A DNA stretch of 61,114 nt, filler included, from an uncultured virus (IMG/VR IMGVR_UViG_2049941000_000596) (taxonomy: Duplodnaviria; Heunggongvirae; Uroviricota; Caudoviricetes). It is 23 parts of one record of this genome, joined end to end, with 100 filler letters (N's around TTAATTAATTAA, not from the genome) between each part and the next. Parts side by side here need not be neighbours in the genome. Positions count along the whole stretch, not along the records: positions 1 to 14,520 come from IMGVR_UViG_2049941000_000596; 22 more parts are not named here. The stretch is one strand, 5' to 3'. Below are positions 1-7,659 of this stretch, piece by piece. Numbering within the stretch: position 1 is the stretch's first letter; the number at the start of each line of letters is the position of its first letter. The position numbers were made by a program, and so were the translations under genes. Under the pieces are notes generated by a model. It was not told the origin of the DNA, searched no databases, and saw only the letters and a program-made list of their open reading frames with translations.

Positions 1-163
1 TGTGCAGGCCCGCCTGACGGTAAGGCGTTTAGCCAAAGCTTGTATCGCGCAGTTAACGTGGGAGGTTCATAGAATAGTTCCGTACTAACGTCTCAATATA
101 AGGGTTAATCGTTGGTCAATTATTATATCATATTATTGCGGCACCCGCCAGCCCTTATATGAG

Positions 164-192
164 GAAAAGCGCCCATTGTAGGGCGCCTTTTC
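164..192 (-). terminator. Intrinsic terminator after the recombinase operon
   Basis: Stem GAAAAG(G)CGCCC/GGGCG(C)CTTTTC around a 6-nt loop, about 40 bp past the stop of 230..1627. Confidence 0.6.
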
Positions 193-229
193 ATCGAGCC
201 TCAAGCATTCTGTGCAACATGAGATTCAA

Positions 230-1627
230 TCAAAACTGAATGCTGAAAGCTGTTCCGTCCAAGAACCTGATCTCAAAGGTTGCATTGTCCTTGATAGTAA
301 TGCTTTCCAGTACCGTCAGCACCATCTCTGGAATGATTCTTCTGATCGGTCCGTTTTTAACCAGTGACTGCATCTGCCGAGCTCTTACCGCCTCTAGTTC
401 TGTCCCCGTTCTTTCCATCTCTTCCCAACGTTTACTAAGTGACTCCTGATTTGCAACAACAGTATTCCATGCCTCAACAAACACCCTATTAATTACACTT
501 TCCCGGATATTCACACCTCGGCAGCTTTTCGGCCCATTGTAGCATCGAGTATTACACTGCCAATAGGTCTCTGCTTCCCTTCCGGAGTGGGCTTTTCTAC
601 CGTAAATACAACCGCATTCACCGCAGATAATCTTCTGCGTGAAGGGCCGCACTTCACCACCATACCCATACCTTGACATATTATGTCTATTCATATACTG
701 TTTGATTCGCTCAAATTCCTGTTGCACCGCATTCCACTCATCTCTGGGTATTATTCCTTCATGGCTGTTTTTTACGTAGTACTGAGTAACTTGACCTTCA
801 TTTTTTACCATCTTTCTTGTGAGGTAATCAGAGGTGAAGCTTTTCTGGAGAAGACTATCTCCCATGTATTTCTCGTTTTTGAGCATACCTTCAATAGTGG
901 TTTTCAGCCATCTCGGTTCCCCATTAACCCCTGGTACACCTTCTGCATTCAGCCTAGTGGCAATAACGGTGGCAGTATAACCCTCAAGAAACTCCCTGAA
1001 GATCCTACGAACAAGCTTTGCTTCTTCTTCATTAACAATGAGCCTGCCCTCAGCATCCTGATCAAAGCCCATGAACCTTTTTGCGTTAATATGAGGAATT
1101 CCCTTCTGAAATTTGCTCCGGATGCCCCATTTTGTGTTTTCTGATATGTTCCTGGACTCATCTTGCGCCAGTGAGGAGAGAATCGTCAGAAGAAGCTCAC
1201 CGGTTGTATCTGCGGAACTGATGTTCTCTTTCTCAAACACCACGATGATCCCGAGATTTTTCAGCTTCCGGTAATTCTCAAGGCAATCCTGCGTATTCCG
1301 AGCGAACCTACTGATCGACTTTGTGATTACCATATCGATTTTGTGAGCCTCGCAATCAGCAATCATGCGTTTGAAGTTTTCCCGTTTTTTGGTGCTCGTT
1401 CCACTGATCCCCTCGTCCGCGTAGATGTCCACGAGCTCATATTCAGGATGCTCTTCAATGTATCTGGTGTAGTACTCCACTTGATTACGGAAGGAATTCT
1501 CCTGTTCTTCTTGTTCTGTTGAAACCCGGCAGTAGGCAGCAACTCGGATTTTCTTTTCAGACAGCTGCTTTTTGCCATTTGCCTGTGGCGTCTTTGTGGC
1601 GGGAATAACTGTAACTTCTCTGGCCAT
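230..1627 (-). CDS. Large serine recombinase (resolvase + recombinase + Zn-ribbon)
   Basis: AAYCRVSTEQEEQ catalytic motif, YADEGISGT, TKSISRFARN, SLAQDESRNISEN, LKNEKYMGD, CGECG Zn ribbon; RBS AAGGAGG upstream. Confidence 0.95.
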   Translation of the reverse strand: MAREVTVIPATKTPQANGKKQLSEKKIRVAAYCRVSTEQEEQENSFRNQVEYYTRYIEEHPEYELVDIYADEGISGTSTKKRENFKRMIADCEAHKIDMVITKSISRFARNTQDCLENYRKLKNLGIIVVFEKENISSADTTGELLLTILSSLAQDESRNISENTKWGIRSKFQKGIPHINAKRFMGFDQDAEGRLIVNEEEAKLVRRIFREFLEGYTATVIATRLNAEGVPGVNGEPRWLKTTIEGMLKNEKYMGDSLLQKSFTSDYLTRKMVKNEGQVTQYYVKNSHEGIIPRDEWNAVQQEFERIKQYMNRHNMSRYGYGGEVRPFTQKIICGECGCIYGRKAHSGREAETYWQCNTRCYNGPKSCRGVNIRESVINRVFVEAWNTVVANQESLSKRWEEMERTGTELEAVRARQMQSLVKNGPIRRIIPEMVLTVLESITIKDNATFEIRFLDGTAFSIQF

Positions 1628-3077
1628 GACGGTCCTCCTTCATTCTGATAAAAATATCCTTTTTAATTTCGCCCCAGCCCCGGATCACATCATCTGAGAT
1701 GCGGACTCCCTCACAGAAGGCCCTTCCTTTGTGCTTTCTCCCATTGCAGGTCCACACTGTGTCGCCATGCTTACCAATGATTCTGGTCAGCTTCGAACCG
1801 CATGAACCGCAGAAAATGTGGTCCTTGTAGGGGAAATTTTCGATTGTCAGCTCAGGAGCTATTTTGGCCGGTTCTTTTTTCTGATGCTCCTGAGCCCAGT
1901 TCTTCTCCCGAACATAGCGGAATGTGGTCTTCCCTAGCTCGTCTGTAGTGCTCCGGATAAAAATATTACCGGGCAGCTCACCCCATCCACGGATGACGCT
2001 GTCCGGCACGCTGATGCCTGTACAGAACTTTTTCAAATATCGCATTTCTCCGCTGCAGATCCAGCTTACCCGGTTCCCATTGGAGTACACCCGCCGATAT
2101 AGAGGGAAGCCGCATTCTGCGCAGAAAAGCTGGTTCTTGTAAGGGTAGGTCTCTTCATCCAGCGTCCCTATCACAGATCCGGTTGCTAAATACTCTCTCA
2201 TCTCGGCCAGCTTATCCTGTGCCCGGTCCCATAGCCTTCTGCTGACCAGTGCCGGGTGATCATCTGTAATGTACCAGGCATCCACTTCTCCCCTATTCCT
2301 AACTTCCTTCCGTTCGTCGTTTACGTAGTACTTGTGCATGATGTAATCGCCCTTGTAGATTTCGTTCTCCAGAATTCGAATTACTGTGCTGGAAGTGAAC
2401 TCTGCACCAGCTTTGGTATGCACGCCGTGCTCATTGAGATGACGAGCAATCTGCTGTGGCCTGTACCCATCTGTGCAAAGTTGAAATACTTTCTTCACCC
2501 ACGGTGCTTCTTCCTTGTTTGGCAGGTATTCGCCGTTAGCCCCAAGCTCAAAGCCAAAAGATCGCTCCAAATACTGGACAGGGATTCCGGCCTCGTATTT
2601 CCGATTATAAACCATTTTTCCCAAAGCGCTGTAGTTCTCGCTCTCTGCCTGCGCAAAGGCCGCCAGCACAGTGAGCATGACTTCACCGGATGCAGCAAGC
2701 GTATCGATATGCTGCAGCTCAAAAATGACACCGACACCCAGATCCTTAAGCTCTCGTACAGCTTTCAGAAGGGTGTCGGTGTTCCTGCAGAATCTAGAAA
2801 CAGATTTTGTGATGATGCGATCGATCTCATGATTTCTTGCTGCCTGCAGCATCGCTTGGAATCCCGGTCGTTTTTCTTTGAAACCGGAAATCCCGAAATC
2901 GTGGTAGATGCCCGCAAACTCATATGATGGATTGGACCGGATTGCCGATTCATAGTGTTCCATCTGGTTATTAAGCGAGTTTTCTTGTTCCTCTTCATCG
3001 GTTGAAACACGGCAATATGCACATGCACGAAGCTTTCGCGATTCGTGTACCCAAGGCTCAATAACTTTAATTTCCAT
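1557..3077 (-). CDS. Large serine recombinase with duplicated C-terminal Zn-ribbon
   Basis: CAYCRVSTDEEEQ, ITKSVSRFCRN, AFAQAESEN, LENEIYKGD; two FCxxCG...W.C...FC repeats; overlaps the next gene by 71 nt. Confidence 0.95.
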   Translation of the reverse strand: MEIKVIEPWVHESRKLRACAYCRVSTDEEEQENSLNNQMEHYESAIRSNPSYEFAGIYHDFGISGFKEKRPGFQAMLQAARNHEIDRIITKSVSRFCRNTDTLLKAVRELKDLGVGVIFELQHIDTLAASGEVMLTVLAAFAQAESENYSALGKMVYNRKYEAGIPVQYLERSFGFELGANGEYLPNKEEAPWVKKVFQLCTDGYRPQQIARHLNEHGVHTKAGAEFTSSTVIRILENEIYKGDYIMHKYYVNDERKEVRNRGEVDAWYITDDHPALVSRRLWDRAQDKLAEMREYLATGSVIGTLDEETYPYKNQLFCAECGFPLYRRVYSNGNRVSWICSGEMRYLKKFCTGISVPDSVIRGWGELPGNIFIRSTTDELGKTTFRYVREKNWAQEHQKKEPAKIAPELTIENFPYKDHIFCGSCGSKLTRIIGKHGDTVWTCNGRKHKGRAFCEGVRISDDVIRGWGEIKKDIFIRMKEDRHGQRSYSYSRHKDATGKWQKAAV

Positions 3078-3094
3078 TTAATCACCAATACTTT

Positions 3095-3595
3095 CTACAG
3101 CAAAGTAATTTTTGGGGATACTGTGTAATCTGGCTCTTCCGGATCAGCTGTGGGCTGTTCCCCGCCGTAAAATCTCGCGCTGTAATAGCATTCTTGACTG
3201 CAATATTTTCTTTTAGAATCCCCATAGGCAAAAAACTCTTTTCCGCAGTTTTGGCAAACAAACGTGTATTTTGAGTCATCTCCAAGCTTCAACTTATCTC
3301 TGTTCTCTTTCCACCATTTTCGTCTGCATTCCTCATCACAAAACCTCTTTTTCCTGCCTGTTCTTGGATTAAAAAGTGTTTTCCCGCAATACTGGCAGAC
3401 AGTATGGTCTTCTCCATACCAACGAGGCTCACGAACCGGCTTCTCTGCTTTTTTCTTTTCAGCTTTTTCCTTTTCAGCGGCTGCAGTATAGAATTTCTGC
3501 TCTGTGACAGTCACGTCCTGTCCATCATCCATGCCCACAACGCGAATTTCGATTCCTTTCTTCCCATTAGGTGGAATCAGAATATGTACTTCCAT
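3095..3595 (-). CDS. Cys-rich zinc-finger protein (first gene of recombinase operon)
   Basis: CQYCGK...KRFCDEECRRKWW and CQNCGKEF...KRKYCSQECY; ATG at 3595 preceded by GGAGGAG. Confidence 0.75.
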   Translation of the reverse strand: MEVHILIPPNGKKGIEIRVVGMDDGQDVTVTEQKFYTAAAEKEKAEKKKAEKPVREPRWYGEDHTVCQYCGKTLFNPRTGRKKRFCDEECRRKWWKENRDKLKLGDDSKYTFVCQNCGKEFFAYGDSKRKYCSQECYYSARFYGGEQPTADPEEPDYTVSPKITLL

Positions 3596-3624
3596 ATGGG
3601 CTCCTCCCCTCTTTGCGGGTAGCA

Positions 3625-3663
3625 TATTATTGCTCTACTTTTCCAAGATAGCAAGTCAATTCT
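3625..3663 (-). promoter_or_regulatory. Promoter core TTGCTA-N12-AGAG upstream of recombinase operon
   Basis: Minus strand GAATTGACTTGCTATCTTGGAAAAGTAGAGCAATAATAT matches the core of six units elsewhere in the window. Confidence 0.65.
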
Positions 3664-3703
3664 GCCTGACCCTTCAACTATTATTCTTCGGCAAAATGGG
3701 CAT

Positions 3704-3735
3704 AAAAAATAGCCAGGTATCGGCTACCTGGCTAT
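3704..3735 (-). terminator. Intrinsic terminator after endolysin
   Basis: Perfect 11-bp stem ATAGCCAGGTA/TACCTGGCTAT, 5-nt loop, T-tract on minus strand. Confidence 0.85.
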
Positions 3736-3744
3736 AGTTTTCTA

Positions 3745-4554
3745 TCATGTAGTTATGAGGCTCGACCACGTTTCAGTGCCAATAATCCCGTCCGCTGTCA
3801 GGTTTTTCTTGCCCTGAAAGCTCTTCACGGAGCTCTCCGTCGTTGGGCCAAATTCTCCATCGGCGATTTCCCGGCCGGAAATGATCCTGCCGCCGCAGTA
3901 GTAGCCCTTGGAGATAAGCAGATGCTGCGCATTTCTTACCGCGCTGCCTACAGCGCCGTTCTTCAGCTGAGGCAGGTCGACTTTGCAGTGAACGGCCACA
4001 GGCGTCTCCTCCATTGGGGCAGGTGTCGCCGGTGCGGGATCAGACTCGCCGTAAAGCGGGTGCCCGTATCCGGCGATGTAGCTGTTGGATCGGCTGTAGG
4101 TGTTACGCTTCACCTGATCGGAGCTGTTGCCCTCGACCGTCACAATGGTGGAGTCGGTCACCTCGACCACAATACCCGTGTGCCCGATCTGTCCGCCGGA
4201 CTGAAAGAATACTTGATCGCCGACCTTCGGATTCTTATCGTATCGGCCTTTCTGCTGATAATACTGCGCAGAAAAAATGCACCCAGCCCCGAGCGGACCG
4301 CTCTGACACTGGATGCGCTGGCCTTCGACAGCTCCGTATGCTTTGAAAAAGCACCAGTCCACGAACACATCACACCATGCATAGCCATTCTTGTTCCCAT
4401 TATAATAGCCCGCGGCAGCTAGGTCGCGGGCATACTTGGTCCAGTTGGCAGCACCGGCATTAGCGGTTTTGTCGTCAAGAGATGTGTTGGATGCTTTCTC
4501 CCGGTATCCGACCTCCGCCAGCGCGATGGAGACAATATCACTCGGTTTACTCAT
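3745..4554 (-). CDS. Endolysin, CHAP domain + peptidoglycan-binding domain
   Basis: AWCDVFVDWC, PKVGDQVFF, GHTGIVV, TVEGNSS; C-terminal ADGEFGPTT...ADGIIGTETW; start overlaps holin stop. Confidence 0.9.
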   Translation of the reverse strand: MSKPSDIVSIALAEVGYREKASNTSLDDKTANAGAANWTKYARDLAAAGYYNGNKNGYAWCDVFVDWCFFKAYGAVEGQRIQCQSGPLGAGCIFSAQYYQQKGRYDKNPKVGDQVFFQSGGQIGHTGIVVEVTDSTIVTVEGNSSDQVKRNTYSRSNSYIAGYGHPLYGESDPAPATPAPMEETPVAVHCKVDLPQLKNGAVGSAVRNAQHLLISKGYYCGGRIISGREIADGEFGPTTESSVKSFQGKKNLTADGIIGTETWSSLITT

Positions 4555-5035
4555 GATCTGTGTCCTCCGGCTTCTCATGCTTACCAGAAACCGGCTCCCC
4601 GACCACTTCGGGAACCTGCACTTCTGCGCCGCTCTTCCCTTCCCTGTCATGCAGCTGCTCCAGGACCTCTTTCAACTGTTCCGGTACAGGCAGCCCGAGG
4701 TGAGCAGCGTTCTCCAGAATGCTCAGGCCATCATTAGCGAGGAAGAAAAAGATAACAGCTGTGCGCAGCACGCCTTCCTGATGCAGTACCTGCATATCGA
4801 GAATATGCGCGAGGCCGACTAAAAGAAAAATGAGAACTTTGCGGCAGATACCCCGGAAGCCGACAGCGGAACTGAGCTTTTTGTCATTGACTGCGCACAT
4901 CACGCCCGTGATGTAGTCAATGATCACAAAGACGAGCAGTGCATACAGGAGGCCGTCGCAGCCCCCCAGGAAATAGCCGAGCCATCCGCCGATCGCGGAA
5001 AAGATTAATTGAATGGTATTCCAGAATTCTTTCAT
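4547..5035 (-). CDS. Phage holin (Phage_holin_4_1 / toxin secretion-lysis type)
   Basis: GGWLGYFLGGCDGLLYALLVFVIIDYITGV, SILENAAHLGLPVPE; hydrophobic; directly upstream of endolysin. Confidence 0.92.
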   Translation of the reverse strand: MKEFWNTIQLIFSAIGGWLGYFLGGCDGLLYALLVFVIIDYITGVMCAVNDKKLSSAVGFRGICRKVLIFLLVGLAHILDMQVLHQEGVLRTAVIFFFLANDGLSILENAAHLGLPVPEQLKEVLEQLHDREGKSGAEVQVPEVVGEPVSGKHEKPEDTDHE

Positions 5036-5049
5036 TTCGAGTAACCCCC

Positions 5050-6066
5050 TTAATTTCCATAAATGATGCAGTAGTAATAGGTCCAACCAGCACGCAGTGA
5101 CTTGCTTAGATTCCACACGCCGTTTGAATACGTCGGATAGGTGCCAGTACTCGTGCGGTTGGTCGCGGACGAGTAATACGCAGTGCCTTTGCCGTAGGTG
5201 CCGGTCTCGATTTTGTTGTTGGACCATGCCGCAGAGATAAGCGCGTTTGACACAGCAGCAACGCCGCCGGTGCTGATGAGCGAGATGACCAGCCCCATCG
5301 GCGTGCCTTTAGAAAGATCAGCATTGAGCTTTGTCTGGGCAGATGTGGGCGTGATCGTACCGACTACGATGTTCTTCCATGGAGACGGGTCAAAACCGCC
5401 TCCGCCGCCCTCCGTGCTAAGGGTTCCGGTCAGACCGAGGATATCCACGCCCTCCCGGATATTAGCGGCAACAAAGTCTGAGTCCAAGGAGGAAACCAGC
5501 TCCGCCGTCACCGGGTTTACCGTCACGCTCGTCAGCTCATACCCGCTGTCCGGCGTGACAATCTGCGCTGTAGCGGACGGAGTGACCGTTTTGCTCTGCT
5601 GCATCTTCTCTTCCCCGGAAGAAGGCGTCTGCTCCGTGATGTAAACATTCGCTTTGCAGGAAACCGAGGAGTTAAAAGCGGTCGAATCCGTTGTCAGAGT
5701 GATGTGTCCCGTTGCCGGATCATAGCTGATGCTCACATCGGTATTGAGGGAGCCGCCGAACACAAGGCCAGTGGCATACAGGCCGAAATGCGTCAGCTCA
5801 ACAATGATCTGGTTCCGGGTGATGCTGCTGTAGATAGCCGTCCGGTCACTGATGTCTATCCTCGCCGTGGTAGCGGAAACATAGGTCACATCCAAATCGG
5901 AGAGCTTGACCAGAATCCCGGTCTGGCTCCCGGTTAGGGTACCGTTCACGATCTGCCCGTCAGCGCCATGCGCCCGATTACCGAGCAGAAGCGTCTGCGG
6001 AGTAACAGTGTCCTCCGTCAGGTCTACAAGCACAGTTGTGCCATAGACCACTTTATTGACCGCCAT
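5050..6066 (-). CDS. Minor tail/structural protein, paralogue of 6068..6652
   Basis: NKVVYG..LVDLTEDTV N-terminus, QSKTVTP..Q.V.PDSGY and NIREGVDILGLTGT modules; Thr/Ser/Gly-rich. Confidence 0.6.
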   Translation of the reverse strand: MAVNKVVYGTTVLVDLTEDTVTPQTLLLGNRAHGADGQIVNGTLTGSQTGILVKLSDLDVTYVSATTARIDISDRTAIYSSITRNQIIVELTHFGLYATGLVFGGSLNTDVSISYDPATGHITLTTDSTAFNSSVSCKANVYITEQTPSSGEEKMQQSKTVTPSATAQIVTPDSGYELTSVTVNPVTAELVSSLDSDFVAANIREGVDILGLTGTLSTEGGGGGFDPSPWKNIVVGTITPTSAQTKLNADLSKGTPMGLVISLISTGGVAAVSNALISAAWSNNKIETGTYGKGTAYYSSATNRTSTGTYPTYSNGVWNLSKSLRAGWTYYYCIIYGN

Positions 6067-6067
6067 A

Positions 6068-6652
6068 TCAGCCACCGATGGTGACCGTCACACCGCCTGC
6101 GGAGTTGTCGCTCTCGGTGTACGGGATGGCGTTCACGGTGACAGCAGACAGATAGTCATATCCGCTGTCGGGCTGTACGGTCTGCTGCGTGGTGCGCGGG
6201 GTCACGGTCTTAGCCTGTGCGGAGATCTCCTCACCGCCGTAGGTGCCGGTGACGCCGAGGATCTCGACGCCAGCCTTGATGTTGCCTGCTACGATCTTCT
6301 CCGCTTCCGTATCGGCAATGCCGACCTTGCCGGAGCCATCGTGGAAGCCCATCGGGATCGTGTACTCGCCGTTTACGTCATCGATCTCTCCCTGGACTGA
6401 GCCGTTATTCGGCATGGTGCCGGTGAGCTTTGTACCGCGGGCGTAGGCGGTTTTTCCGACAAGGATCTCAGCTACAGCTGCGGTACCGTCGGTCGAATCG
6501 ACGTCGAATGCGCAGGTGCCGGTGATCGGAGCGCCGGACTTATCATGTGCTGTGTAGCCTGACAGGACTTTTGCTGCTTCGACAGTATCGCCGGTCAGAT
6601 CGATCAGCGTCCGGTTGCCGTATATGACTTTGTTGATATACTGATTTGCCAT
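6068..6652 (-). CDS. Minor tail/structural protein
   Basis: MANQYINKVIYGNRTLIDLTGDTV, IPMGFHDGSGKV, NIKAGVEILGVTGT; RBS AGGAGG. Confidence 0.6.
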   Translation of the reverse strand: MANQYINKVIYGNRTLIDLTGDTVEAAKVLSGYTAHDKSGAPITGTCAFDVDSTDGTAAVAEILVGKTAYARGTKLTGTMPNNGSVQGEIDDVNGEYTIPMGFHDGSGKVGIADTEAEKIVAGNIKAGVEILGVTGTYGGEEISAQAKTVTPRTTQQTVQPDSGYDYLSAVTVNAIPYTESDNSAGGVTVTIGG

Positions 6653-6654
6653 GG

Positions 6655-6927
6655 TCAAATTCCTCCTATAATCGCGGTCGTGCCGCGTTCTGTATTTTCC
6701 ACTTCGTGGTATGGGATCGCCTGAATCACCACATTCCGGTCCAGCCAACGGTCCTGTGTTGGCAGGCTCTGTGCCGTCACCCGGGGGATGGCCTCATAGC
6801 TTCCGGAGTATGGTGTGACGCCTGACGGAGAGAAAGATTCAGAAAAGCTGATGTTGAAGCTGCTCTCCCCGGAAAAGCCGAGATCAAAGGAAAAATCCTT
6901 CTCGGTCAGTTCAACTTGAATCTTCAT
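6655..6927 (-). CDS. Small tail-region protein
   Basis: 90 aa ORF coupled to neighbours; C-terminus AIPYHEVEN..GTTAIIGG resembles that of 6068..6652. Confidence 0.6.
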   Translation of the reverse strand: MKIQVELTEKDFSFDLGFSGESSFNISFSESFSPSGVTPYSGSYEAIPRVTAQSLPTQDRWLDRNVVIQAIPYHEVENTERGTTAIIGGI

Positions 6928-7226
6928 ATCTCGCCATCCTTCAGAACCTCCTGCGCTGTAGTGGAGATCACATTGGAAGCCACCGCTGTGCCGTCCGGCA
7001 TCCGGGCGCGAAGCTGGATCTTTACCGGCCCGGGAGAAAAGCAGAGCGTATCGGCCTGAGAAAACAAAAGCCGGAATCCATCGTCTGTGGACTCCAGCTC
7101 ATCCTTCGTTTTCTCCAGAACGTTATGCCCGTTCTGCGCGAAGGTCAGATATACAGTTGAGAAATCTTCCAGCCTAACGCCGTCCGGCAGGGTGAAGTTA
7201 TATGTCGGTGTCGTACCTCGCCACAT
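6924..7226 (-). CDS. Small tail-region protein (BppU-N-like)
   Basis: MWRGTTPTYNFTLP...VYLTFAQ...LFSQADTL...IQLRA...VLKDGEI; position in tail-lysis region. Confidence 0.55.
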   Translation of the reverse strand: MWRGTTPTYNFTLPDGVRLEDFSTVYLTFAQNGHNVLEKTKDELESTDDGFRLLFSQADTLCFSPGPVKIQLRARMPDGTAVASNVISTTAQEVLKDGEI

Positions 7227-7238
7227 ATCATCACCGCC

Positions 7239-7649
7239 TTACAGCAGGCCGCCGAATGTCAGCGGGATGCGGGATGTATCGATATCGTCGACCCAAGAAG
7301 GCCGTTCCGGTGGGGTCATGGTCTCCGTTACCTTCAGCCATGAGATGTACCATGTGCGCAGCTCCCGCCATTGAGCGAGGGTCAGGGTTGAGTACCAGAG
7401 CCATCCCCTGTTGACCACAGAGAAGCACTCCTTCTCCCGGCGTGCCCGGAGCGAGGTCTTCTCCTCCTCCAAATGGTCAGCCTCTTCTTTTTCCTCATCT
7501 CGAACCAGTTTCCCGTCCGATAGATGAAAGCAGAAACAGTTGTCCAGAAACTCATCAAAGTTCTCGGGCGGATCGTATTCTTTCCCGCCGTTGTCGCCGA
7601 CCATGCACCAGCCGTTGACGTAGCCGTTTTCATCAAAAGTAACTTTCAT
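7239..7649 (-). CDS. Putative tail fibre assembly/chaperone-like protein
   Basis: 136 aa immediately after tail fibre; RBS GGAGG; LRARRE..CFS.VNRG.LWY, P.RPSW. Confidence 0.5.
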   Translation of the reverse strand: MKVTFDENGYVNGWCMVGDNGGKEYDPPENFDEFLDNCFCFHLSDGKLVRDEEKEEADHLEEEKTSLRARREKECFSVVNRGWLWYSTLTLAQWRELRTWYISWLKVTETMTPPERPSWVDDIDTSRIPLTFGGLL

Positions 7650-7659
7650 GCTGGCCTCC

